The notes beneath the pieces are model-generated. The model was given only the letters and a program-made list of their open reading frames with translations. It had not been told where the DNA came from and did not search any database. Both the position numbers and the translations under genes were made by a program. From Octopus vulgaris (Eukaryota), in assembly GCA_951406725.2 (NCBI GenBank), contig OX597814.1, positions 92,504,001 through 92,568,000 on the forward strand: a stretch of DNA of 64,000 nucleotides, in the 5' to 3' direction. Below, piece after piece: positions 1 through 13,434 of the stretch (position 1 is its first letter; the number at the start of each line of letters is the position of its first letter).

Positions 1-23
1 ATGTATGTATGTATGTATGTATG

Positions 24-59
<36 letters not shown>

Positions 60-1743
60 TGTATTGGAATGCTTGGAATAAGTTTCTCTCTAGCTAAAAC
101 CATGGGTCATATATTCACACAGAATTTAGATATATTTTGATTAAACATATGAATGTGACACCGTATGCATATTTAATAAACAAAACATCTACCCTGGCGT
201 CAACAACCTTATGAAAATAATACGTTGGTATTTATGCATTTTTTTTTTTTTTTTGTATCTGGACGAAATCGGAGGAATATGCGATTATATGCATTGCGTT
301 TTGCTATTTGTAGGCATCTTTTTTTTTATTGATTCTGCTAAATTGAGTAGCAAAGTTAATTTGAAGAATCGCAATTCAGAAGATAAAGAAATGTAATTGA
401 GTAGTTTGAAGTCATCTCTCTTACACACAAATTTATGTCACGTGACCTCATTACAAAGAGTCATTTTATTAGTAATTTATGAATTACTTCTTTATGAACT
501 AAGCTAGGTTATTATTATCTTATATTTATTGTGGCGGTGGGTGGAGGACGGAACTAGTAGGATCGATTTTGGCATATTACTACGGCTAATTTTACTGACA
601 ATAGAGATACGAAATCCAAATTTGACACTGGCGTGATATGAATTAAGAATACAAATGGACGATATAAAATACATTATCAGACCTCTCATCCAGCCTCCGG
701 AAATCCGGAATTTCCAGAAATCTGGGAATTCTATGTGGTATTGTGAAATATACTATACCCTGTATGGAGTAAAGAGACACTATTTTTGAAGTTAGTTAAT
801 TTGCATACGGTGCAAAATTCTGCTTCTAAAGTATATATTTATTTAAACAAAACTCTGCTTCTAAGGTATATTTATTTGTTCCTGTATAGGTTAAGTAAAC
901 ACATGTTCTTTAACTTTCTTTGTTTGTCATCTTATAATCATTATACAGTACGATATAGTTTATGAATTCTAAGTGGATCGATAGATACGAAACAGACACT
1001 GCTTTAGAAGTGTATAAATGTGAAGTTGTTGAATACAATTTAGTTTTTTAATTCTCATAATCTATTTCATAAGTTGGTTTCAAATTTTGGCACACGGCCA
1101 GCAAGTTTGGTTCGGCGGAGGGAATGATCCGATTACATCCACCCCGATGCTGAACTGGTATTTACTTTACCGACCCCGAAATGATGAAATGTAAAGCTGA
1201 CCCCGGCAGCATTTGAAAATTTATTTTATGTATTAAGTACATATTTAGACTACCTTCATAAAACCAGAAAATCCAGATATTCGAGCTACGTCCGGCTCCA
1301 AACTTGCCGGATATTTGGTCCTGTACTGAGCTTCTATACAGTCTGTGTTTGTGTTTCAAAATCACCATTCGTATGTATTCGTGTTTGTGTTTAAAAATCA
1401 TCATTTGCACAACAGTTGTCCTACAGTGTACATAGGAAAATGAGATACATGTAAATACAGAAATAAAACGTACTTATGGTCTCATAATTTGCATAAGTGA
1501 AGTTAAAATAAGCAAAGAGAATTAATTTAGAATGGCCATTCGCATGCGTTTGAACAACAAAGACGAAGAGGGATTTATTAAATACCATACATGGTCCTAA
1601 ATATGCCCAGATGACTTTTCTACCTTCTCTAGAGATAATTTCAATAAATCAAGAATTTATCGTTTATGTTATATTAGATACCATACATGTGTGTGTTGGA
1701 AAGGAGAGAGTGATAGAAAGCGGAGACTATTGCGTGGATAGAC

Positions 1744-1829
<86 letters not shown>

Positions 1830-1830
1830 G

Positions 1831-3662
1831 TTTCTTTATTAGCCACACAGGGCCGAACACAGAGGGGACAAAATACAATATAGAGCTTTTCTTTGTGAAA
1901 AAAACAAAAAAGGAGAGAGAAAAATAAAATTTCGATGAAAAGGGATCGTGCATCACAGTAATGTCATAAATGTAAAAAAATAAACAGATTAGGTTTATTT
2001 GTGGAAAGAAAAGCCTACGGAAAAGACCACAGAAACCTCGGGCAATAATGTCATACAAAAACACATTACAGTAACTCTCTGTTTTTTCTTTCTTTTTCTG
2101 GTTCATAGGATTATGCTCGAGGTGACACCGTCATTCACACGTGCCATCCTTGCTACATTCACCCATCTTTTATTGAAACATTTGCTAGACAAAACCTCAC
2201 TCTACTCTCACCTTCCTTTTCAAGTGATACTTGAAGAAGTTGCTGAGAGATTGATCAGAAGGGAAAGGATTTTCTCTAGGCCTTTCAGACGCGTCCACCA
2301 TACACATTCTTTCGCCATAGCCACAAGTACGATAAAAATAGCTCTTCCTTCCCGTTTGATGGAAAGGAGGCGCGACAATATTGACGATAGACTCGGCTGA
2401 TAAGCCGACTCGTCTCACACGCAATAGCAGTCGTTCGACATAGGCCCACAAGTCGGAAATAGTTGGACACTGTACGAATGCGTACAGAATGGTTTCGTGC
2501 CCTGACCGCATCTCGGGCAGGTCAGCCTGGTGTTTTTTGATCCATGCCTGTAGAGCTTATCCCAAACGGGTAGCGCTTCTCGATAGCACTGCCAGGCCAG
2601 GGATCTCTGGAAATTGTCCATAGGTCCCGGCCCGAAAGTCGTCTTGAACAGGCGGGTCAGCTATTCCTCGTCGATGCCCAGGTTCGCCCCGAGATCGTCG
2701 TTGTGCCTCCCCTCCACTAATCCCCTATAGAATGCTATCGAGCCAGGATGGCATCGTTGCTCGAGAGCAACGCGACACTCGCGGTGCCATTCGCCCTTCC
2801 TCGGCTTCTTTTTTATCCACGAATGCAGTTCGGTCATGAAGACGAGCTGCGGGAAAGTGCGCCTCACAAACGGTGACCACACCTGTTCACCGTGGTCTAC
2901 GTAGAGCCGGGGAAGTCGCAGTCTCAGCGCGTGTCTGCGCATCATCAACCACGGCATGCCCAGCCCTCCTTTTAGCGGGTGTTAGCAGCAAACGGATCGC
3001 CTGACTACCGAAACGCTTCCTTTCCACAAGAAACGGAAGAGGATGCGTTCCAGTTTGGTGATGGTAGGGTAGGGACATGGTACGACGTTCAGGCGGTAGT
3101 AGATGACGGGCGCGATGTACGTGTTCGCCACCTCCGCTCGACCTTTTAGGGACAGCTTCCTCTCGGCCCATTGCCGGGCGAGAGTGGCCATCCTACTCGT
3201 TATTTCGTTCCAGTTCTTCTCCGTTTGGAGATCTGGACGAAACCAGACCCCGAGCAGCTCAACCTGACCGTCGGTCCAGCGTCCCACGACGGAGGCGCTG
3301 CTGGACGGCATGGGCTTGCTTCTCCAGGTGCTGATCCGCAAGCCCACTGATTTTACCCGGTTAATTTTCGCTCTTGTTACCGTTTCGTAGTCTTGCAGTG
3401 TCTCGCCGACTAGCTCGATGTGGTCCTGGCTAGACACTATGACGGTGACGTAGTCCGCGTATGCGGTCACGCTCGTTCCGCATCCCAATTCTCGCGGGAT
3501 ACCCTTCAGCGTCGCCAGCTTCCACAGCAGTGGCTCGAGGGTCAATACGTACAGAAACGACGAGAGGGGGCATCCGTGACGGACCGAACGTGTCGAAAGG
3601 TATCGATAGATGCCTTTGTATAGGGCAGCGATCCAGCCGCGGAAAACGAGACCGAAACCTGG
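1831..3662 (-). mobile_element. 5'-truncated, frameshifted Tx1/L1-clade LINE (RT C-terminus, zf-RVT region, 3' UTR)
   Basis: ORF pieces: YADxV in TAYADYVTV, LSLKGRAEVAN, LFRFLWKG, CPRCG..ETILxAFVQC; 3' end abuts (GATA)n. Confidence 0.88.
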
Positions 3663-3959
3663 CGGAAGAATCTCGGAGGAGATAAAGAAAAGGCTAGAGA
3701 AACGGGAAACAGTGAAAAATATGACAGACCGCTTCGAATATTCGATTCTTTGCTAAGCGATCAGACAACATCTAAGAAATGACTTCAAAGATTATAGACC
3801 AAAGAATTGATGCAGATTGTAGAGGAAAGGAAAAGTTTTAAAAAATGCAGGAAAGGGCTGACACTCTAGAGGTGAGAGGCAATGGAATTTAAGAAGAAAG
3901 ATAGGCTCACGGCGACAAACAATGGGGAGATAGGAGAGGTATGCAAAACCTTCTACACC

Positions 3960-4850
3960 AACCTTTATAAATCATCAGTGAAACTCGATCCTATACCGCC
4001 ACAAATGCTTGAAGAATGTCACCTATTCTAAGAAATGAAATTGAAAATGATCTCAAACTGATGAAAACGGACAAAGCTCTTGGGAAAGATTGCATTACAA
4101 CAGGGATGTTAAGGTGCGGAAGTGAAGAGCTGTAGAAAATCTTCGTTCTACTTTTCAGTCGCTATCTGAAGGAAAGAGTCAAGTATCACTTTGCCCCATA
4201 AGAAAAGTGATAAAAATTTAAAAACAAACAACCCCCTATATCTCTTGTCTCACCTCTGTAAGGTTTTCACGAAGATCATAATCACCAGACTATCAAAACA
4301 CCTCGACGACCGGCAGTCGAAGGACCAAGTAGGATTCTATAAGAGCTCTAGTACTATAGTTTACATATGAACTCTAATACATAGAACGAGCGAACGAATA
4401 CAAGTTTCCTCTCTATATCGCTTTGGCGCAATACATCAAACTGCTCAGAGATGCAAACTTTGGATGCACAACAGATTTAGCTCCGCTATCACCGTCAGAA
4501 ATGGACCCAACTGAGTAGAGTATCAAGCACGTAGATAACATACCTCCAAAGCTCTTTACCGCATGTTCAGAAATGGATGTTCATCAAGGACATCGACTGG
4601 ATAGGTGGCATGAACATCAGTGGCAAGCAACTAACACACCTCGGATTCGTAGTTGACTAGCTGCAGACCAAGCTGACAGAGCTTAGCTGTAAGAACTTAA
4701 ATTGAACAGCATGAAAACTAAATATATGAGGTCGGAAGACATAGCACAAGGCGAAAAGAGGTGTGAAGTGATTAAATCAAGGTGGTAAAGGAGTACGTCT
4801 ACTTAGAGTAAGCAGTGAATAAGTCTATGAGTCTATGACTTGTCGCGAAG
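3960..4850 (+). mobile_element. Degenerate RTE-clade LINE reverse transcriptase fragment
   Basis: Remnants PILRNEIEN..MKTDKALGKD, DQVGF (EQAGF-like), LTHLGFVVD (LxHLRFADD-like), EYVYL; many stops and frameshifts. Confidence 0.72.
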
Positions 4851-4907
4851 GAGCTTTTATGATATTTACTGCATCTCCTGTCATGTATGTATATATGTAT
4901 GTATATA

Positions 4908-4943
<36 letters not shown>

Positions 4944-5127
4944 TGTATGTATGTATGTATGTATGTATATGTATGCATGTATGTATGTACGTATGTACGT
5001 ATGTATGCATGTATATATGTATGTATGTATGCATGTATGTATGCGTCCAGCCAGCCAGCCAGCCACAACCGTCCGTCCAACCGACAACCTGTCTGTCTAT
5101 CTATCAATCTATCTTTCTATCTATCTA

Positions 5128-5175
<48 letters not shown>

Positions 5176-5684
5176 TATCTATTTGTATGCATGTATGTGT
5201 GCATTTATACACTCGTAATTATATATTCAACTGCAGCTATCGCCTTTCCTTTCTGAAGCTTAGACGAAAATTTCAGATATATGAAATTCACTGCACATAC
5301 CACAACCTGTTCCAACCTTCATATATGAATTATTTATATCTGTTAGTGGTAACATTTAGCCACTACACTTTGCTCTCTTTTGTACCAACAATATAAATAA
5401 TTCTTGTACCTGTCTGAAACATTCAGTTTATTTATTTGTAGGTAACTACGACTAGACTCTATAATGCTGACAAAGTAAAATAGACCGAAACTTACACACG
5501 CATGCAAACAAACACACACACATATATGTGCGTGTGCATGTGTGTGTATGAGTGTGGGGGGCGTGTGTGCGTGTGTATATGGTTCCCGGTTCTGTCCCAC
5601 TGCGGGGACCCCCCGGGCAGCCTTGGGCCGACCAATGTCTTATGAGTGAACTTGGTACACAGAAACTGAAAGACGCACACACAC

Positions 5685-5732
<48 letters not shown>

Positions 5733-6167
5733 GGTGTGTGTGTGTGTGTGTGGGTGTGGGTGTGTGTGTGTGTGCCTTTATATCTATATTTGTCCCTCGC
5801 CCACTATTGTTTGACATCCGATGTTGGTGTGTTTCCTTCCCTGTAATTAGTAGTTCGGCAAAACAGGCCGATAGAATAAGTATTAGGCTTTCTTCCACAA
5901 AAAAACCTTTAAGGCTGTGCTTCAGCATGGCCACAATCAAATAACTGAAACACGTAAAAAAATAAAAGAATATGTAAGCAACTATTTGTACTTTGGGTAT
6001 ACGTTTAGTATTATGCCGATTAAAGCACTTTCACCGTTCAGGCTACCTGATGTCAGCCACCATTATGATATAATTGTCACTGGATCTCCGTCAGGTAATC
6101 TGTAATGTTCGTTGAATTTATAATGAATGAAGGAAACGAAAACAGGAGTTAGCAAGAATCTTTATTC

Positions 6168-6275
6168 AACACAAGAATCGTTTCGACACATCCTGCCTCT
6201 GTTCCTTACGGGTTGGGTATTGCACAGCTGGTTGTGTTGCATCCATCAATGTGGGGCTGTGTCTCGTCAGGTGTC
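6168..6275 (-). ncRNA. Type I hammerhead ribozyme motif with long stem II insertion
   Basis: Minus strand GACAC-CTGACGA-GACACA..TGTGTC-GAAA-CGATTC-TT-GTGTT; stems I and II pair, stem III degenerate. Confidence 0.62.
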
Positions 6276-7484
6276 CTCGTTTAAATACGATACTTCGCTA
6301 CATATTCTTTTATTCTTTTACATGTATGAGACTTTTGACTGCGGCTATGCTGGAGCACCGCTTTTAGTTGAACAATTCGAACTCGGGACTTATTCTTTGT
6401 AAATCTAGTACTTTTTCTATCGGTCTCTTTTGCTGGAGAGACGTAAACGCACCAACATCGGTTGTCAAGCGACGGTGGCGGGTGGGGAGGGAACAGATGC
6501 ACAAACATATATCTATCTAACTCTATATATATATATACACGACGGGCTTCTTTCAGTTTCCGCGCACCAAATCCACTCACAAGACTTTGGTCGGCCCGAG
6601 TCTATAGAAGAAGATACTTGTCCAAGGTGCCACGCAGTAGAACTGAACCCAGAACCATGTGGTTGGGAAGCAAGTCACGCCTACTAAGTTTCGTTTGGCA
6701 TGTTGTGGCAGCCCGTAGGATGTCGGCTGTGCTGACAGATGATGTAAACAATTTCGGAGTTATCACCGCTAGAGGGATCTAGCTGTAGTTCACAGTGAAT
6801 ACCTAGCATAAGGTAATGTAATAAAAGATTGAGAATAAAATATGACAAAGGATACGAATTATAACATAAAATTAAGAAAGATAGTTATGCACATGTTGCC
6901 ATGAACACATATATAGACTACCCCCCCCCCCCACTCGATCGCGCCTTTAAGGAGATGTCAGTGAATATGGTCATAAACAACCAAGATAGTCATATAAGAG
7001 GCAGATAAATGAACGGTATCTTATCTCCCTGTTGCGCAGCCAGTCAAGAGTCGGTTACAGATAACTGGGCCGGCGTATTTAGCGGCGGTTTGGCACACGC
7101 ACACCCAGATGTACAAGTATTTATGTATATACATAGGCACATACTCATATATGTAGACTGAATGATCAGACCGCCTTTAAATTGGGAGACTTATTCTTAA
7201 TTTTTAATAATCATCTCGTTTCTTTTTTTTTTTTAACTTTTAGAGTGTCTCAACAATTGCTGCGAGGAATTTCCTCTTCTTTACTAGCTAAGAGGCAAAT
7301 TTCTATAGATTAATTACTTGCAATGTACGGCATTCACTGTTTCAGGCTTTTGACTAATTACTAGAATTCATATACTTCGCATTTTTTAAACATACATACA
7401 TACATACATACATACATACATACATACATACATACATACATACATACATACATACATACATGCCTGCATCCATGCATACATACA

Positions 7485-7518
<34 letters not shown>

Positions 7519-7598
7519 GATACATACATACATACATAGAAATCTTGAAATAAAGCTGAATAATGAAACACACTCACACACATTTATGTATGTGAGTG

Positions 7599-7629
<31 letters not shown>

Positions 7630-7780
7630 CCCCTTCTTACTAGCTCTCCTGTGTGACCACGTTGAATGCTTTTTCACTTCCCTAGCGTTAAACTAATACA
7701 TTTATTTGTTGTCTACACCACATGTCTACGTCTTTTATTTTTCATGTGAATTCTCCCTATACATATATATATATATATAT

Positions 7781-7831
<51 letters not shown>

Positions 7832-7896
7832 CATACATACATACATACATACATACATACATACATACATACATACATACATACCTATGTATATAT

Positions 7897-7928
<32 letters not shown>

Positions 7929-8178
7929 GTATGTATGTATGTATATATGTATGTAGGTGTGCGTGCATATATTTATGCATGTAGATATATATGCGTGTGA
8001 ATATGAGTGTATACATAAATATACATAAGAGCATGTATACATAAATGTTTGCTACTATTTTAAAGACTAATTAGACCATGTGTATAATATATATATATAT
8101 ATAATATATGTATATATGTATGTATATATTTATACATATGTATATGTATAGATGTATAATATATATATATATACATGC

Positions 8179-8243
<65 letters not shown>

Positions 8244-8248
8244 TTGTT

Positions 8249-8287
<39 letters not shown>

Positions 8288-8383
8288 GGGTGAGTAGACA
8301 ACGAAAGAAGGACACTCAACATTTTTATTTTGACTGATATGTATAAACCAAAACAATTTGAACTAATATATCTATCTATCTAT

Positions 8384-8462
<79 letters not shown>

Positions 8463-8760
8463 GATAAGGAAATAGGGGGAAAACAACAATGAGAAGTGTG
8501 TCTTTGGTGCTAAAAAGCCATTGCTTAATTAGTTAATTAATTAAGTTATGGCCTTTTAGAACCAAAGACACACTTCTCGTTTTTCCTCCATTATCGTATC
8601 GTCTATATATACATTAAACTACGGTTTACCTTTTTAATTACCTGCTGTCGTATAACTTATACCAAGAACCATACTTACTGAGGTAATTACTAGGAGTGCT
8701 TTGGACACATCTATCCCTTAGAGGGTTTAAACACCTCTAACTTATACCTTACATAATATA

Positions 8761-8830
<70 letters not shown>

Positions 8831-8842
8831 TAACGAAGATGT

Positions 8843-9332
8843 ACAGGTGTCTGATGTCTTGGAGGTGCTCCACGACCTAGTTAGCCAATTGGCTTCCCGT
8901 TTGACCGATGAACAGAGAAGGGCAGAAAGAGCTGTAGCAAGTTACGTTGCTAGAAGTGCAAGTAAAGCAATTTGTGATATGATAGGGTCGATGATGGGTG
9001 CCTGTGAGGGTGGAGGTGTTGGAAAGGTAGGGGTAAGTGCGACAGCATGGGCGGGAGCAGGGGAACGAGCCAGGCTTGGAGGTGAGGTTAGGGATGAAAC
9101 TATGGACCAGTAGGTCACTCAGGTTGCGGGCTCGTTTGGAGGGAAGAGGTAGGTTGGGGAAGCTTGCGAGGTAGAGGGGTCAGACTGGAGTCGCTGGAAG
9201 GCTCGGAAAATGGCATGTTGGAGGGGAAGGGTGGAGGGGTGACAGGTGAGCGGGAAACGGGAAACGGAAAACGGCGGGGAGGGAGAGCAGAAACACGGTC
9301 CACGGAACGTGCTCTGGCAAGGGCTGTGTGGA
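8843..9332 (-). mobile_element. Penelope-like element fragment (linker, Cys motif, GIY-YIG endonuclease)
   Basis: Minus strand YHITNCFTCTSSNV..SLFIGQTGSQLAN*VVEHLQDIR; same family as 16840-17500; flanked by (TA)n and (TACA)n. Confidence 0.8.
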
Positions 9333-9358
9333 CATACATACATACATATATACATACA

Positions 9359-9392
<34 letters not shown>

Positions 9393-10157
9393 ATTTAAAT
9401 ATATATCAGCATCTAGATATGCAACTATATGCATGAGAATACATACTGAAAGCAAGACATACAAATCAGCACATATACACACATACATACATACATACAT
9501 ACATACATACATACATACATACATACATACATACATACATACATACATACATACATACATGCATACAAAAATAACCTATTGTTGATGTTGAAATTCAAAT
9601 GAAGGAGCCTTGAAACTAGGTTAGAAAGTTAGTGATACATCAGGGAAATTGTATAGATGTTTATTGTCTTGGCATAGAATTGCAATTGAGACAAAGTTAA
9701 AGGTCTACAATATTTGTGCTAAAGTGTTCGTTAGTATATACATGGGAGATCTGGTTTACTTATCATAGACATTTAGAAAGGGTGGGGCGATTTCGACAAC
9801 AGTGTTTTAACCGTACACTAAGTATCCGAGTGCAAATTTAATTGACGTTGAAGTTCGCAAACACAGTCTGTCTGTGTAGAGTCGAGTACTTCTGCAGTCA
9901 CTACGACTCAGTATTTATGTGGTCAGGACAAATGGCTTAAGCGAAAAATCAACCAACTAGATCACTGGAACTCTGTCAAAAACAGAAGATCAAAACGTTG
10001 GATTAACAAATATCATCACCAAGAAGTCAAGCAGTCAGAACGATAGACTTCTGCCAAAACAAAAATTTTGACCAAAACACCCATACAGCCAACGAGACGG
10101 AGAAAAACAAATGACGTCACTAAAGTTACAATCAATCAAAACATTATCCGTTACCGT

Positions 10158-10202
<45 letters not shown>

Positions 10203-10443
10203 ATGAAAGAAGGAAGATGAAGAATTATGGATGTGTAATTAATTGAAAGTTTTTTTTATAAAAACAATATAAAGAAATTATACATTATAAAGCTCAAAAA
10301 GAGAAATGGCAGATGCCAAAGACTTACATATATGCTTCAAACCCTTAACATATTGTGGAAACTTTCTCCTTATATGATACTGATTAACTAGTGAAATTTT
10401 TAGATTATTTAATCCCTAATGAAGACCTAACATCCTTGAACTG

Positions 10444-10521
<78 letters not shown>

Positions 10522-10863
10522 TAAATGAAAAGAATGGAGTCGAACAAAGATTTTAACAAAATTTCTTTACTTTCAACATATGTTTCGAAGACTGCAACTA
10601 TATGCATGAGAATACATACTGAAAGCAAGACATACAGTCTTCGAAACATATGTCGAAAGTAAAGGAATTTTGTTAAAATCTTCGTTCGACTCCATTCTTT
10701 TCATTTATTCATATAAAAAAAAACACACAAATTTCCACACACAAACACGGGGTTCTGCCCTTGGCATATAACTTCAACTGTGTTTTACTGACGTGAATTT
10801 GCTACCCAGGTATCGATTAACCGAATTATCCATACTAGGATAATTCATTCATCTACTTAAATA

Positions 10864-10896
<33 letters not shown>

Positions 10897-11381
10897 GGTG
10901 ACTGCCCCCTCGTTATCGAGTATGGCCATTGCACGAAGCTTAATCAATGTTGCAAGAAGATTTTTTTTAAGTGAGGAAAGGCTGTGCACTGAATCAATCT
11001 CACTCACTAAGCAACAGCAGCCATAATCCGAAAAGAAGAACAAGTCAACATCATCAGTAACCACTGAGCCGCAGGTTTTATGCCGGAGTTATCCTATTTA
11101 CCTGAGTTACCTTCTCCTAGAAGGATGCCTTAACAAAGGCTAGGAGTCCTTCACTCCCAATGGTTTAACTGCGCGATCGGGTATTCCGTCCGATTATTTC
11201 TATGTCCCCGCGCATGATACAGCCTTTGACGGGTTTTGTTTTTCATCCTGCAGGGTGTCCAATAAACATCCTCCTTACCAAGCAAGCTTGGTGGGGTTGC
11301 CGGTTTAGTCGCCGACGACCCGACCATGCAACAGGTTGTACTGGGTTACATGTTACCAGTAGCACTCGAAAGTGACCTGAC

Positions 11382-11383
<2 letters not shown>
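10897..11383 (-). mobile_element. RTE-like 5'UTR-derived non-coding element inserted in (TA)n
   Basis: Contains GGCATCCTTCTAGGAGAAGGTAACTC, which resembles a motif I recall from RTE 5' regions; bounded on both sides by (TA)n. Confidence 0.45.
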
Positions 11384-11436
<53 letters not shown>

Positions 11437-12415
11437 CATACATACATACATACATACATACATACATACATACATACATACATACATACATACATACAGT
11501 CAATTCGAGGATGTTAGGTCCTCATTAGGGATTAAATAATCCAAAAATTTCACTAGTTAATCAGTATCATATAAGGAGAAAGTTTCGACAATATGGTTAA
11601 GATTTTGGGTTAGGGCTAGATTTAGGGGTCACGGTTTGGGTTTACGGTCTGGATTCGGGGTTTAGGGATTGGGATTGGAGCTAGACTGTACACTGAAGTG
11701 ACACTGTTAATCGCTTAGCAACACAACATTTAACAATTACGGACATTTTTAGTTGCTGGCGTATAAATCATCTAGAAACAGGCAATAAAACGAAGCAACC
11801 ACTTTATCGCTGATAAGTAATATCTGCCTTAGAAAGTCAATGAAAATTTATTATTCAGTGACCTCCTGATGATTGAAATACACACTCCTGATGGGTGTGT
11901 ATTTCAATTTTTGTCGTGCGTAAATATCTTTGTCTTTCCTGATAGGTGATTGGATACTTAAATATATGCCAGAAGCTATATAGTGGCCAGGTATATATCA
12001 ATATGTATGTAGGAGTTGCATGTGCGTGTGTTTGTTAACGATTGTGTATGTGTGTGTATTTCAATATTGTCGTGCGTAAATATCTTTGTCTTTACATTTG
12101 TACGTTCTCCCTACAACATTACTTATTTTAAATTTTTTGCACTCCATCTATTTAAAAACACTGTTTACATTTCTCCTGCCATCGAAAAACGTTGTGCGTG
12201 CGATCGTGCATGCGTACGTATGACCGCTAAGAACCACATACAGCCGATAAGCTTTTGTGACTAACCAATGAGATTTCAACCACGCCACTGAGCGGTCATA
12301 CGTTAGAAAAAGCTATTCTAAAGCGGCTCAAGTTTTTTCACTTCAGCTATTTTCTTCTAGAGCTTTATACGCTCAAACGGGATTTGTAAGTTCTACCTAC
12401 AAATTGACTTCCTTG

Positions 12416-13253
12416 TCTATATATATAAAATCCTTTATCTTTCTGTCTGTTCCCTATACATTCTCAAACGGCTCGACCAAATCAAATCAAATTTTACAAG
12501 GTAACAGTATCCCACTCAGTGAGTGTCACCGCGTAATTTTTTTTCATTTTAATTAAGACAATATAACATTGGCGCTGGTTTGGTATTACGTTTCAAAAGT
12601 GAAAGAATAAGATCTATATTGTAATGTCATACAATATTGTTTCACTTTTATTCTTTCACTTTTAATTCTACTGTGATAAATAACTAAATAGTTTATATCT
12701 TAATGTGAACAACATTACGCATCGGCAACTTTCCGTCTTTACAGCCATGACAGCGGAACGGTGTATCAATGTAAGTGTATTGACTGACATAACGAACGGC
12801 TAGAGGTGAAATTCTTGACAAAAAACAATTAAAATACATATTTACCGTTCAATTACCAGTTCATAATTATCGCAGCAGTTGCAAAGTTGCAAGGTATTTA
12901 CAATTACATATTTACCCTTAAATTAATGGAATCTTCCAAGATCAGCAAACGCATGCTGCAGCACGTCAAAATGGAATCTCAAGACAGAAGCGAAATGAGA
13001 CTTTCTTTAGATCAGCAAAGGCATGCACATACTCCTACCCCCTATTTTCCATAACAAGTTAGGGCCTGGAATACTCGAAACGGACGCATGACATGTCGCT
13101 TAGTCGAATTAGCTCATTATTTACTCCACAAATGTTTTGTTGTCAATGCTGCACTTTCCCGCATCACCTATTTCAACATAACTGTAATACATAAATATAT
13201 ATATATACAAACTATGCTGTTTTAATCCCGAGAATCCCAGGTATCTCTGCTAG
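12416..13253 (+). mobile_element. Non-autonomous Helitron-like element
   Basis: 5' TCTATATATATAAAA followed by CTGTCTG; 3' imperfect hairpin CCCGAGAATCCCAGG then CTAG|T. Confidence 0.62.
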
Positions 13254-13434
13254 TATAAATATATACATGCGTACGTGTATGCATTTGGTGTCACACTGTG
13301 ATGTGCCCGGTCACTGCTGTAGTCAATTCTCTTTTCTTCGTAAATCTTTTTTTTTTTTCTGATAGCCTATAATTTCAGTTCTCTAAATGTATATTTGTTG
13401 TTTCAATATTATCAACATTTTATGCACGTGCATA

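Noticed and set aside
12799-12817. GCTAGAGGTGAAATTCTTG resembles a conserved 18S rRNA segment
   Set aside because: Only 19 nt with no flanking rRNA similarity; at most a captured fragment within the Helitron-like element.
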